From an uncultured Spirochaetota bacterium (GTDB lineage: Bacteria > Spirochaetota > Spirochaetia > SZUA-6 > Fen-1364), in NCBI GenBank assembly GCA_963820525.1, contig CAWGAA010000001.1:1600001-1664000 (forward strand): 64,000 bases of DNA, read 5' to 3'. The translations under genes and the position numbers were made by a program. The number at the start of each line of letters is the position of its first letter. Within the stretch, counting starts at the first letter, position 1. The notes under the pieces are model-generated. The model was not told where the DNA came from and ran no database searches. It was given only the letters and a program-made list of their open reading frames with translations. Below, in pieces: positions 10,082 to 20,172 of the stretch.

Positions 10082-11152
10082 ATGATAGATCCTCACGTCC
10101 ATCTGAGGGACTGGAGCCAGGCCCACAAGGAAACCCTTCGCCACGGCCTGTCCGTTGCCTGGCGCGCCGGACTCGACGGCGTGTTCGAGATGCCCAACAC
10201 CGACCCTCCCCTCACCTCGCGGCAGGCCATCCAGCGGCGCATCGCGGACGCCGACTCCGCGATCTCCGCCCTCGGCATTCCCATCTTCCATGGGCTGTAC
10301 GCCGGGCTCACGCCCGAGCCCGCGCAGGTAGAGGAGGCGGTGCGCGCCTGGCGCGAGCTCTTCCCGCGGGTTGTGGGGCTCAAGCTGTTCGCGGGCCACT
10401 CCACGGGAAACATGGGAATCGTTGGACGCGAGGCGCAGGCGGTGATCTATCGACGGCTGGCAGAGCTGGAGTTCACGGGGGTCCTCGCCATCCACTGCGA
10501 GAAGGAGGAGCTCATTCGAAAGCGGCCGGATGGAAGCCAGGACTGGGACCCCGCTCATCCGTCCAGCCACGCAAAGGCCAGGCCGCCGGCCGCGGAGGTG
10601 GCATCGGTGGACGACCAGGTGGAGCTTGCGCGGCAGTCCGGTTTTGCCGGCACGCTGCACATCTGCCACATCTCGACACCCTTCGCCCTGGACCTGCTTC
10701 GCGGAAAGCACACGGGCGCTGCCAGCCTGCCGGCGTTTCGGCTGACCTGCGGACTGACCCCCCACCACGCCCTCCTCGATTCGGAGCTCATGGACGGCCC
10801 CGGCGGCCTGTTGTTGAAGACAAATCCGCCCCTGCGGCCCAAGCCGATGCCCACCCAGATGCACTCGCGGCTCATATCCGGAGAGATCGACTGGCTGGAG
10901 ACGGATCACGCGCCGCATTCATTAAAGGAGAAAACGGAAGCTTTCCCCTCCGGGATTCCGGGCCTGCCGTTCTATCCCCGGTTCGTGAAGCTGCTGCGAG
11001 ACAAGGGCGCCTCAGAGCAACGGATCGGCGAGCTGACTCACGGCGCGATATCCAGGGCGTTCGGGATCGCTGTTCCCGACAGGCGGCGGGCGCCGGACAT
11101 GGAGCTTTCCCGGGAATACGAGTTCGATCCCTTCGCGTCCCTGCGCGCTTGA
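10082..11152 (+). CDS. pyrC: Dihydroorotase
   Basis: IDPHVHLRD, MPNT, HCE, CHIS and TDHAPH motifs; follows pyrBI. Confidence 0.88.
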   Translation: MIDPHVHLRDWSQAHKETLRHGLSVAWRAGLDGVFEMPNTDPPLTSRQAIQRRIADADSAISALGIPIFHGLYAGLTPEPAQVEEAVRAWRELFPRVVGLKLFAGHSTGNMGIVGREAQAVIYRRLAELEFTGVLAIHCEKEELIRKRPDGSQDWDPAHPSSHAKARPPAAEVASVDDQVELARQSGFAGTLHICHISTPFALDLLRGKHTGAASLPAFRLTCGLTPHHALLDSELMDGPGGLLLKTNPPLRPKPMPTQMHSRLISGEIDWLETDHAPHSLKEKTEAFPSGIPGLPFYPRFVKLLRDKGASEQRIGELTHGAISRAFGIAVPDRRRAPDMELSREYEFDPFASLRA

Positions 11153-11174
11153 GCGATGCTCTCGGCCGGTCCCC

Positions 11175-11759
11175 TCATCCCGGCTTCTTGTTGAGCGCGG
11201 AGTTGCCCACCACTTTTTCTATCCTGCTTTTCCGTGTCTCGGGCTTCCTGGCGTCGGTCACCCAGCGGATGTACATGTTCCGGGAGCTCCTGGAAAACCC
11301 GTTGAAGTTCGCCCACGCTCCCTGATCCCTCATCAGGGCCGCCCTGAGGTCCCGCGGCAGGGCAAGCTCCTCCGCGATCACGTACGCATTGGCCCACGCG
11401 CCGCTCGCCTTGACCTGCCGCACCGAAGCGAGTCCGGATCCGTGCATCCGCCCGGCCTTTAGCAGGCGCTGGGCACGCTCCTTGTTTCCCTTGGACCAGA
11501 TGCTCTTGGGGCGGCGGGGAGAGAACCGAAGGAGAAACGATCCGCCGTCGTGGCTCAGGAGCTTGCCGTCGATCCAGCCGAAACAGACAGCCTCATCGAG
11601 TGCATCCTCGTAGAGAACGCCGGGGCCCGGCGCGCTCTTCTTGCGGAGGATGAGCCATACTCCGTCGGATGAGGAATGGTTCCTGACAAGCCAGCGCCGC
11701 CACTCTGCGGGAGTCTTCACCTGGAGAGGGACCGGCTCATCCACGCCGTCCCGGGACAT
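11175..11759 (-). CDS. YdeI/OmpD-associated family protein
   Basis: EWRRWL, EAVCFGWIDG, FSPRRPKSIWS and C-terminal AxKPETRxxRI pattern. Confidence 0.85.
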   Translation of the reverse strand: MSRDGVDEPVPLQVKTPAEWRRWLVRNHSSSDGVWLILRKKSAPGPGVLYEDALDEAVCFGWIDGKLLSHDGGSFLLRFSPRRPKSIWSKGNKERAQRLLKAGRMHGSGLASVRQVKASGAWANAYVIAEELALPRDLRAALMRDQGAWANFNGFSRSSRNMYIRWVTDARKPETRKSRIEKVVGNSALNKKPG

Positions 11760-11809
11760 CGCACTACCTCCTCGGCCTCGTTTTGTCGGCCGCCTTCGCC
11801 GCCGCGCCT

Positions 11810-12298
11810 CTAAAGAAGAAGCTGCATGAGGTGAACGTCCAAGAGCCTTCCGAACTTGAATCCCACTTCCTTCATCGTGCCCACCATGAAAAAGCCCGCC
11901 CATTCGTGAAGGCGGATGCTCACGGGATTGTCCTGGGCGATGCGCGCCAGGATTGCATGGTGCCCCAGCCGCCGCCCCTCTTCCACGATCGCTTTCATGA
12001 GCCGCTTCCCGATCCCCCGTCCCCTCTTCTCCTCCGAGATGTAGATGGAGATCTCGACCGTGCGCGAGTAGGCGGCCCGATCGGAGTAGGGGCTCAAGGA
12101 AGCCCAGCCGGATATGCGCCCTCCGTCTTCGGCTACAAGCACGGGATGCCGGGGCCCATGCTCCTCGAACCAGGCCCGCCTCTCCTCTGGGGATTTCGGT
12201 TCCGTGTCGAAGGTGGCGGTCGTCGTGGAGACCGCCTGATTGTAGATCTCGTTGATCCGGTCCAGGTCTCCCGGGGCCGCGCTGCGAATCGTCTCCAC
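11810..12298 (-). CDS. GNAT N-acetyltransferase (YncA/phosphinothricin acetyltransferase-like)
   Basis: IYNxAV..TTATFD, RGRGIG, NPVSIRLHE and VGFKFGRLLD motifs. Confidence 0.9.
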   Translation of the reverse strand: METIRSAAPGDLDRINEIYNQAVSTTTATFDTEPKSPEERRAWFEEHGPRHPVLVAEDGGRISGWASLSPYSDRAAYSRTVEISIYISEEKRGRGIGKRLMKAIVEEGRRLGHHAILARIAQDNPVSIRLHEWAGFFMVGTMKEVGFKFGRLLDVHLMQLLL

Positions 12299-12317
12299 GC
12301 CCGAATCCTCCCGCGCG

Positions 12318-13961
12318 TTAGAACAGGTAGTCGGTGTTGACGAAGTTCGACGCCCGCCCCCGAAGCATATCGCTCAACAGCCCCTTGTTGAGCTCGCTTT
12401 CCGGCGCCGCGACCATGGAGCGGATGGAGAAACAGCGAAGCGCATCCGAGACCGAAAGGGTGGCCTCCGCGCTGTCCTTGCGCCCCGTGAATGGGTACAC
12501 GTCCGGTCCCCGCTGGCATTGGGCGTTGAGGTTGACCCGGCAAACCTGGTTGGCGAACACGTCGATGAGGGGCCCGATCACCGCGGGGTTTCGCCCGAAG
12601 ATGCTCGCCTGCTGGCCGTAGCTGGAGGCCACCACGTAGTCGAAGACCTCCCGCACGTCGTCGAACACCGCGATGGGCACCACCGGCCCGAACTGCTCCA
12701 CCGAGTACAGCTCCATGTCCGCCCTCACGGGAAAAACAACGGATGGAAAATAAAAGCTTTCCCGGGCGAGCCCGCCATGGCGGTTCACTACCCGCGCCCC
12801 CTTGGAGACGGCGTCCGCAGCCAGCGCCTGCATCCTCTCCGCCTTTCCCGGCTCGGGAAGCGGCGTGATCCGCACCCCCTTTTCCCACGGCATGCCGAAG
12901 GGAAGAGCGTCCACAGCGTCGGAAAGCTTTCCCGCAAAGCTCTCGGCGATCTTCCTCTGGACGAAAAGCAGCTTGAGGGCCGTGCACCTCTGGCCGTTGA
13001 AGGAAAGGGCGCCCGTGAGGCACTCGGACACGGCGAGGTCGATGTCCGCGTCCTCCAGGACGATGGCCGGGTTCTTGGCGTCCAGCCCCAGGATGCACCG
13101 GAGACGGTTCGGCATCGGGTGCTGGCGCTTGAGGAGATTGGCAACGCGCGAGCTTCCGATGAAGGCAAGCGCCGCGATCTGGCCGCTTTCGACGATGGGC
13201 CCGGCCACCTCCCTGCCGTCGCCGTTGACGATGTTGATAACCCCGGGCGGGAAGCTTTCGGCGAAACAGGAGAGCAGCGGCGCCTGGCAGAGCGAGCCGA
13301 ATCGCGGCAGCTTGGCCACCACCGTGTTGCCCATGGCCAGCGCCGGAATCAGGGTGGTGAAGGTCTCGTTCAAGGGATAGTTGAACGGGCCCATACAGAG
13401 CACCACTCCCAGCGGAGCGCGCCGGATGTGGGCCATCACTCCGCCGTTTGACGAGAATCTGGAGCCGGCGCGGTCGGTCTCCTTGAGCGCCTCGATCGTG
13501 TCCGCGATGTATTGCACGGTCCTGTCGAACTCGCGCTCGCTGTCGGCGCGGCTCTTGCCGATCTCCCACATAAGGAGGCGCACCGACTCCTCCCTCACGC
13601 CCAGCATACGGCGGGTGAAGTCCTGGAGCCTTTCGACCCTTTCGCCGACGCGCATGGTAGGCCACCGGCCCCGGCCGTGGTCCCATGCCCGCGCCGCCGC
13701 ATCGAGGGCCGACAAGGCCTCTGCCTTGTCCAGCCTGGCCTGCGGACCGATCCGCCTTCGCGCGAGCGTCCCGTCGCCGGCAATGCAGATCGGGGACAGC
13801 ACCTGCTCGACATCGCCCGACCACCGGCGGATCTCTCCGTTTATCAGGTAGCTCACTCCCCTGTCGTAGCTGCCGCCTGCGGGCGCGAAATCGGCCTCGG
13901 GAGGGATCTCCTCCCGGCGAGGGAAAAGCGACGCCAATTTCTTTCTCACATCCACGCTCAT
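12318..13961 (-). CDS. gapN: NADP-dependent non-phosphorylating glyceraldehyde-3-phosphate dehydrogenase-like aldehyde dehydrogenase
   Basis: GPFNYPLNE, FIGSS, LGLDAKN, catalytic GQRCTA, EQFGP and QRGPD..PFTGRKDS motifs. Confidence 0.8.
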   Translation of the reverse strand: MSVDVRKKLASLFPRREEIPPEADFAPAGGSYDRGVSYLINGEIRRWSGDVEQVLSPICIAGDGTLARRRIGPQARLDKAEALSALDAAARAWDHGRGRWPTMRVGERVERLQDFTRRMLGVREESVRLLMWEIGKSRADSEREFDRTVQYIADTIEALKETDRAGSRFSSNGGVMAHIRRAPLGVVLCMGPFNYPLNETFTTLIPALAMGNTVVAKLPRFGSLCQAPLLSCFAESFPPGVINIVNGDGREVAGPIVESGQIAALAFIGSSRVANLLKRQHPMPNRLRCILGLDAKNPAIVLEDADIDLAVSECLTGALSFNGQRCTALKLLFVQRKIAESFAGKLSDAVDALPFGMPWEKGVRITPLPEPGKAERMQALAADAVSKGARVVNRHGGLARESFYFPSVVFPVRADMELYSVEQFGPVVPIAVFDDVREVFDYVVASSYGQQASIFGRNPAVIGPLIDVFANQVCRVNLNAQCQRGPDVYPFTGRKDSAEATLSVSDALRCFSIRSMVAAPESELNKGLLSDMLRGRASNFVNTDYLF

Positions 13962-14014
13962 GACAAAAGAGTGCGTTTCACCCGAAGCGGTGTCAAGGAG
14001 CCGGCCCGGGCGCC

Positions 14015-14043
14015 TTGACGCTCACCGCTCTCGTTATTATCCT
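14015..14043 (+). promoter_or_regulatory. Putative sigma-70 promoter of the XPB operon
   Basis: TTGACG-17 bp-TATCCT. Confidence 0.5.
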
Positions 14044-14062
14044 TTTCGCGCCCCAGAACCCA

Positions 14063-15787
14063 ATGACTTTAAACGAACAACAGCACCCGATACGAAACGA
14101 GAGAGGCTCGGCGGAAGAAACCGGCGGGGAGAGGCCCCTCATCGTCCAAAGCGACCGATCCATCCTGGTGGAGGTGGCGAATCCCGGATACCGGAAGGCC
14201 CGCGACCTTTTGGCCCGCTTCGCCGAGCTTGTGAAATCTCCCGAGCATATCCACACCTACAGGATCACGCCCCTTTCCATCTGGAACGCGTGCGCGGCGG
14301 GGGAGAGCGCCGAGGAGATCGTCTCGGGGCTCGTCTCCCTGTCCAAGTATCCCGTGCCCGAGCACATCGTCACGGAGATCGGGGAGTACGCCAGGCGATA
14401 CGGCAAGCTGCTCCTCGAGCAGGACGGCGGCACCCGGCTCGTCCTGCGCTCCCTGGACGCGGAGCTCGCACGGGAGATCGCGGCGGACCGCCACGCATCC
14501 CCGCTTCTCTCCCAGAAGCTCTCCGAGACCGAGTTCGCCGTGGACCCCCGGAACCGGGGCCGGCTCAAGCTCGCCCTGATCAAGCTCGGCTTTCCCGTGG
14601 ACGACCGCGCCGGCTACGCGGCCGGCGCCCCGCTTTCCTTCGGCCTGAGCCAAGCCATGCGAAGCGGCCTCCCCTTCATCCCCCGGCCGTACCAGAGGGC
14701 GGCGGCTGACGCCTTCCATGCCCGGGGCTCCGAGCGGGGAGGAAGCGGCGTGATCGTGCTGCCCTGCGGAGCGGGAAAAACGATCGTGGGGATGCTCTGC
14801 ATGGACCTCTTGAAGACTTCGACCCTCGTTCTCACAACGTGCGTCACCGCCGTGCGCCAGTGGATCGAGGAGCTCCTGGACAAGACCGATATCTCCCCGG
14901 AGCAGATCGGAGAGTACACGGGGCTGAAGAAGGAGGTGCGTCCCGTCACGGTGGCAACCTACCAGATCATGACGCACCGCGGCCGGGGTTCCGAGGACTA
15001 CGCGCATCTGGAGATCTTCAGCCGCGAAGACTGGGGGCTCATCGTCTATGACGAGGTCCACCTCCTCCCCGCTCCCGTGTTCCAGATCACCGCGGCGCTG
15101 CAGGCCCGCCGCAGGCTGGGGCTCACCGCCACGCTGGTGCGCGAAGACGGCAAGGAGGACGACGTGTTCGCCCTGATCGGGCCGAAGAAGTTCGACGTGC
15201 CGTGGAAGGAGATGGAGAAGCAGGGCTGGATCGCCAAGGCGCTGTGCACCGAGGTGCGCATCCCCCTGCCGCAGGACCTTCGCGCCTCCTATTCGGTGAG
15301 CGACGCCCGCGCGAAGTTCCGCATGGCCTCGGAGAACCGGGCAAAGGTGGACCACGTCACGGCCATCCTCGCCCGGCATCCGGGGGAGCCGGCGCTGGTG
15401 ATCGGAATGTACCTGGACCAGCTCAAGGCGATCGCCGGTCCCCTGGGGCTTCCCGTCATCACGGGCGCCACTCCCCAGAAGACGCGGGACAAGCTCTATG
15501 GAGAGTTCAAGGCGGGAAAGATCCGCATCCTGGCCGTCTCCAAGGTGGCAAACTTCGCCGTGGACCTTCCCGAGGCGAGCGTCGCCATCCAGATCTCCGG
15601 CACATTCGGCTCCCGCCAGGAGGAAGCCCAGAGGCTGGGAAGGATCCTCAGGCCAAAGAGCGCTTCGCGCCAGGCTTCCTTCTACTCACTGGTGAGCAAG
15701 GACACGGTGGAGCAGGACTTCGCCCTCAAGCGCCAGCTTTTCCTCTGCGAGCAGGGCTACGCATACACCATCGAGGCCGTCCCGTGA
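14063..15787 (+). CDS. XPB/Ssl2 (Rad25) family DNA repair helicase
   Basis: N-terminal PLIVQSD...KSPEHIHTYRITPLSIWNA, Walker A LPCGAGKT, DEVH, GLTAT and QRLGRILR. Confidence 0.93.
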   Translation: MTLNEQQHPIRNERGSAEETGGERPLIVQSDRSILVEVANPGYRKARDLLARFAELVKSPEHIHTYRITPLSIWNACAAGESAEEIVSGLVSLSKYPVPEHIVTEIGEYARRYGKLLLEQDGGTRLVLRSLDAELAREIAADRHASPLLSQKLSETEFAVDPRNRGRLKLALIKLGFPVDDRAGYAAGAPLSFGLSQAMRSGLPFIPRPYQRAAADAFHARGSERGGSGVIVLPCGAGKTIVGMLCMDLLKTSTLVLTTCVTAVRQWIEELLDKTDISPEQIGEYTGLKKEVRPVTVATYQIMTHRGRGSEDYAHLEIFSREDWGLIVYDEVHLLPAPVFQITAALQARRRLGLTATLVREDGKEDDVFALIGPKKFDVPWKEMEKQGWIAKALCTEVRIPLPQDLRASYSVSDARAKFRMASENRAKVDHVTAILARHPGEPALVIGMYLDQLKAIAGPLGLPVITGATPQKTRDKLYGEFKAGKIRILAVSKVANFAVDLPEASVAIQISGTFGSRQEEAQRLGRILRPKSASRQASFYSLVSKDTVEQDFALKRQLFLCEQGYAYTIEAVP

Positions 15788-17595
15788 AGCACTTCCCGGC
15801 CGACTGGCAGGGCTTTCTCGAGGAAGTCTCTCTCTGGGGACATCTGTCGATTCCCGCCAGGAGGACGTTCCTCGACGGCGTGCGGCCCCACCTCAGTATC
15901 GATGCCTCATCGGATGACCCCGCCGTGGACGAGCTTCGCGAAGCCGGCCTCCTCTCGGACTCGGACAACGCGGACTACCTTTCGGTGAGCCCCCGCTTCA
16001 TCCGCTTCCACCAGCTGGCCAAGGCGTTGGAGAGGATAGCGGTCTTCGAGGCCGCGGGGTTCGACGTGCTGCGCGACTACCTCTCGGAGCATTTCACACA
16101 GTCCGAGAGGTCCCTCCTTCACGAATCCCTTGCCTTCCACCCCGACGATTTCGGCCGGATCGCGAGCCTGGTCACCACGGTGGAGTGGATCGAAGACTTC
16201 CGTGCGCGCGACAGGACGCTCCGCCCCGACCGGGAAGCGGGGCAGTCCCACGTGAGGTCCCTGGAAACCGCGCGGAAGATCCTCTCCTTCTTCATGGAGC
16301 AGCGTGACCATGTGCCCATACATGACCTCGAGGAGTATTTCCCCGACACGGGCCGCCCCCTCCTCGCCTCGGCGCTGAAGCTCGGTGTCCAGGCCGCCGT
16401 GTTCTTCCTCTCCATCCGAAAGAGCGACCTGGAGCCGATAGTCGGGGTCTGGCCCTCGGCCGCGCGCAGGATCCGGCGGGCCCAGATCGCCCTCGCCCCC
16501 GAAGCGGTGATCCCGCAGAAGAGGTTCCGCCACCCCTTCCTCATCGAAGACATGGCCACGGTGCTCCTGGCGGCGCGGGCCGAGGCGATTCCCGTGCGTC
16601 GAAGCGACGAGAAACCCTTCTCGCGCTTCGAGGAGGAGCAGACCGCGGCGCTGCTCTCCCTCCCCGCATGGCTTGAGGAGTTCAGCGGCGCCACGCCTCG
16701 AATCAGGGTGGGCTCGGCGCTCGCCGCGCTGCGCTATTGCGGCCTCCTGGTGAGCGATCAGGAAGGGGACGCCCTGAGGCTGCGCCCCGGGGATGGGGCC
16801 GTGGAATGGGCGCTTGGAGGGCTCGGCGAGAGGCTGGAGGGGTTTCTCAAAAGGGCGGCCCCGGGGGCGAAGGGCGGCAAGAGCGGCGAGCATCAGGCGA
16901 GCCGCCCGACGGTGCTTCTCTCCCTGCTCCTGGGTCCGTGGGCATCATGGGCCGAGGCTGCAGCGGACATCCTGCCCCCGCTGACCCAGGCTTTCCTTTC
17001 GGCCCCGCGTTCTTCATTCATCCGATTCAAGGATTTTGCCCGTTACCAGGCGGCGATAGCGAATCCTCTCATTCCGCTTCGGGAGCGGGGGGGCGGCACA
17101 TCGCTGTGGGCCGGTCGGCCGTCCCTTCCCACGGACGAGCTCCTGGAGGACCTCTGGCAATCCTTCCTCCACGCGTACCTCGTTTTCGGCCTCTTCGCGC
17201 TGGGGGGAGCGGAGGCGGGCTTCGCCTCCGGCCAGCCCTGCTTCCTCCTGGGCTCCATGGGCCGCTACCTCCTCGAGGCCGCGGAGGGCTTCGATCCCGA
17301 TGAGGCAGCCTCCCAGCGGCAGGATGGAGAGACGGGGGACATCGTCGTTCAGCCCACCTTCGAGATCGCCTTCCTCGCCCCGTCTCCGGCCGCGGAAGCG
17401 GAGATCGCGCGGTTCGCCGAAAGGCTCGGCAGGGAGGTGGGGGTGCTTTTCAGGATTACCAAGGCATCCATCCTCCGCGCCGCGGCCGCCGGTCTGGCCG
17501 AGGGTCGGGTGATCGGCGTCCTTGCCCGCCTGTCGAAGAATCCTCTCCCGCCGAACGTCGAACACGAGGTCCGCGGGTGGTTCGGTCGAGCTTGA
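15784..17595 (+). CDS. Helicase-associated (XPB/Ssl2 N-terminal, Helicase_C_3-like) domain protein
   Basis: GTGA overlap with the XPB stop. C-terminal VVQPTFEI...FAE...FRITKASILRA...LPPNVEHEVRGW pattern. Confidence 0.75.
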   Translation: MKHFPADWQGFLEEVSLWGHLSIPARRTFLDGVRPHLSIDASSDDPAVDELREAGLLSDSDNADYLSVSPRFIRFHQLAKALERIAVFEAAGFDVLRDYLSEHFTQSERSLLHESLAFHPDDFGRIASLVTTVEWIEDFRARDRTLRPDREAGQSHVRSLETARKILSFFMEQRDHVPIHDLEEYFPDTGRPLLASALKLGVQAAVFFLSIRKSDLEPIVGVWPSAARRIRRAQIALAPEAVIPQKRFRHPFLIEDMATVLLAARAEAIPVRRSDEKPFSRFEEEQTAALLSLPAWLEEFSGATPRIRVGSALAALRYCGLLVSDQEGDALRLRPGDGAVEWALGGLGERLEGFLKRAAPGAKGGKSGEHQASRPTVLLSLLLGPWASWAEAAADILPPLTQAFLSAPRSSFIRFKDFARYQAAIANPLIPLRERGGGTSLWAGRPSLPTDELLEDLWQSFLHAYLVFGLFALGGAEAGFASGQPCFLLGSMGRYLLEAAEGFDPDEAASQRQDGETGDIVVQPTFEIAFLAPSPAAEAEIARFAERLGREVGVLFRITKASILRAAAAGLAEGRVIGVLARLSKNPLPPNVEHEVRGWFGRA

Positions 17596-17635
17596 CTTTT
17601 TACCCATCGCGCCGTAGGTTCATGGGCCGAAAGCA

Positions 17636-18613
17636 ATGAAGATCGCCGTCACGGGAGCCACGGGATTCATCGGAAGCCACCTCGTCGAAGCTCTCATCGC
17701 GAGGGGTCACGAGGTGACCTGCCTGGCACGAGACCCGCGGAAGCTGGGATGGATCGAGAGTCTCTCCGCGCGCATCGTCTATGGGGATGTCTGCAAGCCC
17801 CATACGCTCCCCGATTTCGTCTGCGGGCAGGAAGTGGTGGTGCACGCCGCCGCCCTCACCAAGGCCGTGGACCTGAACTCTTACAAACGTGTGAATGTCA
17901 CTGGCACGGAGAATCTGCTCGCAGCCATCAAGGCTCATGCCCCCCGCCTGCGGCGTTTCGTCCTCGTCTCCAGCCAGGAGGCCATGGGGCCGAGCCCCGA
18001 CGGCGAGCCCCTGGGGGAAGACGCCAGGCCGAACCCCCTCTCCATGTACGGAATCAGCAAATCCCTGGCGGAGAAGGCGCTTCGGGGCTTCTGGGACACG
18101 ATCCCCATGACGGTGATCCGCCCCCCTTCCGTGTACGGCCCTCGCGACAGGGATATCCTCGCCTATTTCAGAATCGCGGCGCGGGGGATCATGCCGATCG
18201 TGGGGGACGGTACTATCCTGAGCATCGCGTACGTGAAAAACCTCGTCGCGGGCATCTCCCTCTCCATCGAGCGGCCCCTGGGAGGCTTTCGAAGCTACTA
18301 TTTCACGGACGGGGCTCCCCTTACCTGGGGCGATATCTCACTGCTGATCTGCCAGGCGCTGGGAAGGCGGGCGATAAAGATCGCCGTGCCCCCATTCGTC
18401 GTGAGGATGGCCGGGGAGATTTCCGGGCTGTACTCCGCGCTGACGCATCGGGCCCTGCTCTTGAGCAGGGATAAAATAGAAGCGATGAAGCACCGCTACT
18501 GGCTTGTCTCGGATCAGCGGGCCCGATCCGAGCTGGGCTACCGCCCCCCCTACTCTACGGAGCAGGGGATAATCGAGACCGCCCGCTGGTATCGATCCGC
18601 GGGCTGGCTGTAA
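17636..18613 (+). CDS. NAD-dependent epimerase/dehydratase
   Basis: VTGATGFIG, YGISK (YxxxK) and RPPSVYGP. Confidence 0.9.
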   Translation: MKIAVTGATGFIGSHLVEALIARGHEVTCLARDPRKLGWIESLSARIVYGDVCKPHTLPDFVCGQEVVVHAAALTKAVDLNSYKRVNVTGTENLLAAIKAHAPRLRRFVLVSSQEAMGPSPDGEPLGEDARPNPLSMYGISKSLAEKALRGFWDTIPMTVIRPPSVYGPRDRDILAYFRIAARGIMPIVGDGTILSIAYVKNLVAGISLSIERPLGGFRSYYFTDGAPLTWGDISLLICQALGRRAIKIAVPPFVVRMAGEISGLYSALTHRALLLSRDKIEAMKHRYWLVSDQRARSELGYRPPYSTEQGIIETARWYRSAGWL

Positions 18614-18654
18614 AGCCGGGGCAGGGCCGCCGCGCTTATCCTGCAACCGCCTTC

Positions 18655-18745
18655 CAGCGGCCCTATGTCATGGACGACGAAGGGCCGCGGAGCCAAGGAG
18701 GGCGGCAGCGGCCCCAAGTCAAGGATGACGAAGGGCCGCGGAGCC
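18655..18745. repeat. Imperfect ~40-bp direct repeat with 51-bp period
   Basis: cagcggccctatgtcatggacgacgaagggccgcggagcc (18655-18694) vs cagcggccccaagtcaaggatgacgaagggccgcggagcc (18706-18745). Confidence 0.85.
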
Positions 18746-19681
18746 CTGCGGCGGTAGCCCGCCGCGTAAGGCGGCAGCGGCCTGGATATGCTCTGGGCTT
18801 GTTCCGCAGCATCCCCCCACCAGCGTCGCTCCGTTTTTCACGCAGAGCTGGATCCCGCGGGCAAACTCTTCCGGGCTCAGGTCGAAGACCGCCTTCCCAT
18901 TCACGAGCCTCGGTTTCCCCGCATTAGGCTGGGCAACGAGAGGCAGGTCAGTGTAGCGGCGAAACCGCGAAACCACCTCAGCCATCTCGAACGGATCGAG
19001 CTCGCCGCAGTTGGCACCCAGCGCATCAGCTCCTTCCTTGCTCAAGGCTAGCGCGCACTCTTCGACGCTGTTTCCCATGACCGTGCGGCCCCCATTGTTG
19101 AGGGTCGAAAAAGAAATGGAGGCTATGACGGGAAGAGCGCTCACCTGGCGGCATGCCCGGAGCGCGCACAGGGCTTCCCGCAGATCGACATAGGTCTCAA
19201 TGATGAAGCCGTCCACTCCCGAGGAGGCGAGGATCGAGGCCTGCTCCTCGAAACACTCGATGAGCTGCGCCTCCGTCGCGTCTCCGTAGGGCTGGAGGAG
19301 CTGACCGGTCGAGCTGATGTCGCCGATGACAAAGCGTCCGCCGTTGTCGTCGGAAGCGGCGGCGGACTTCGGCGCGCCGGCAGGCGCCGGAAGGCCGCGC
19401 GCGACTGAAAGGGCAAGCGCGGCCCCCGCACGATTCACTTCGGCGACATCGACGGAGCCCCTGCCGTGGGACTCCAGGAATATACGGTTCATCGTAAGGG
19501 TGTTCGTCGTTATGACCCATGAGCCGGCCCGGGCGTATCCCGCATGGATGGAGCGCACGGCCTCGGGGTGAAGGAGGTTCTGCTCGCCGCCGGGCTCCAG
19601 GCCCATGGCGGCAAGCTGTGTCCCGTTTGCCCCGTCCAGGAGGACGGGTCCGCGGTTCCGCAATACCTCATGCAGGCTCAC
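18719..19681 (-). CDS. Homocysteine S-methyltransferase family protein
   Basis: LLDGANGT, GANC, QPNAG and GGCCGT zinc motif. GTG start overlaps the upstream stop. Confidence 0.9.
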   Translation of the reverse strand: MSLHEVLRNRGPVLLDGANGTQLAAMGLEPGGEQNLLHPEAVRSIHAGYARAGSWVITTNTLTMNRIFLESHGRGSVDVAEVNRAGAALALSVARGLPAPAGAPKSAAASDDNGGRFVIGDISSTGQLLQPYGDATEAQLIECFEEQASILASSGVDGFIIETYVDLREALCALRACRQVSALPVIASISFSTLNNGGRTVMGNSVEECALALSKEGADALGANCGELDPFEMAEVVSRFRRYTDLPLVAQPNAGKPRLVNGKAVFDLSPEEFARGIQLCVKNGATLVGGCCGTSPEHIQAAAALRGGLPPQGSAALRHP

Positions 19682-20169
19682 GCGGTCTCCTTCTCCATGT
19701 AGCACACGGTAAAGGGAAGGTGGGGAAATGTCGCGGTCCGCGTCTGGTGAAAACCGATGCCCTGGTACCAGCGCTTGAGGATCTTTCCCTCGTCGATGAG
19801 GGCGATCGATATCTTCGAGCGGCCCCTTTCCCGGGCAAGGGAGAAGACAAAATCGATGAGCATCCTCCCGTAGCCCCGATGCCTGCAGGCGGGCAAGACC
19901 GAGAGCTTCTCGAGATAGAACACATCGGCGCCGGCCGGAAACGCCGAAACGAAACCGACCTGCTCCCCCCCGTCATACAGCCCGAAGCATTCGAGCCCCT
20001 CGGCCACGTGCGCCGTGAGCTTTTCCAGCGCAATGAAAGAGGGGTGCGTGGGGCAGTTCTCCCGCGTGAGCCCGAGCTCCTCTGCCACCGTGCGAAAAGA
20101 TTCCCGGATGACTTCGACGCTTCTGGCCAGAGCCCCTTCACCTTCGATTCGGCGGATCTCGATACCCAT
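19678..20169 (-). CDS. GNAT N-acetyltransferase
   Basis: LEKLSVLPACRHRGYG acetyl-CoA motif and WYQGIGF. Confidence 0.85.
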   Translation of the reverse strand: MGIEIRRIEGEGALARSVEVIRESFRTVAEELGLTRENCPTHPSFIALEKLTAHVAEGLECFGLYDGGEQVGFVSAFPAGADVFYLEKLSVLPACRHRGYGRMLIDFVFSLARERGRSKISIALIDEGKILKRWYQGIGFHQTRTATFPHLPFTVCYMEKETA

Positions 20170-20172
20170 GGC

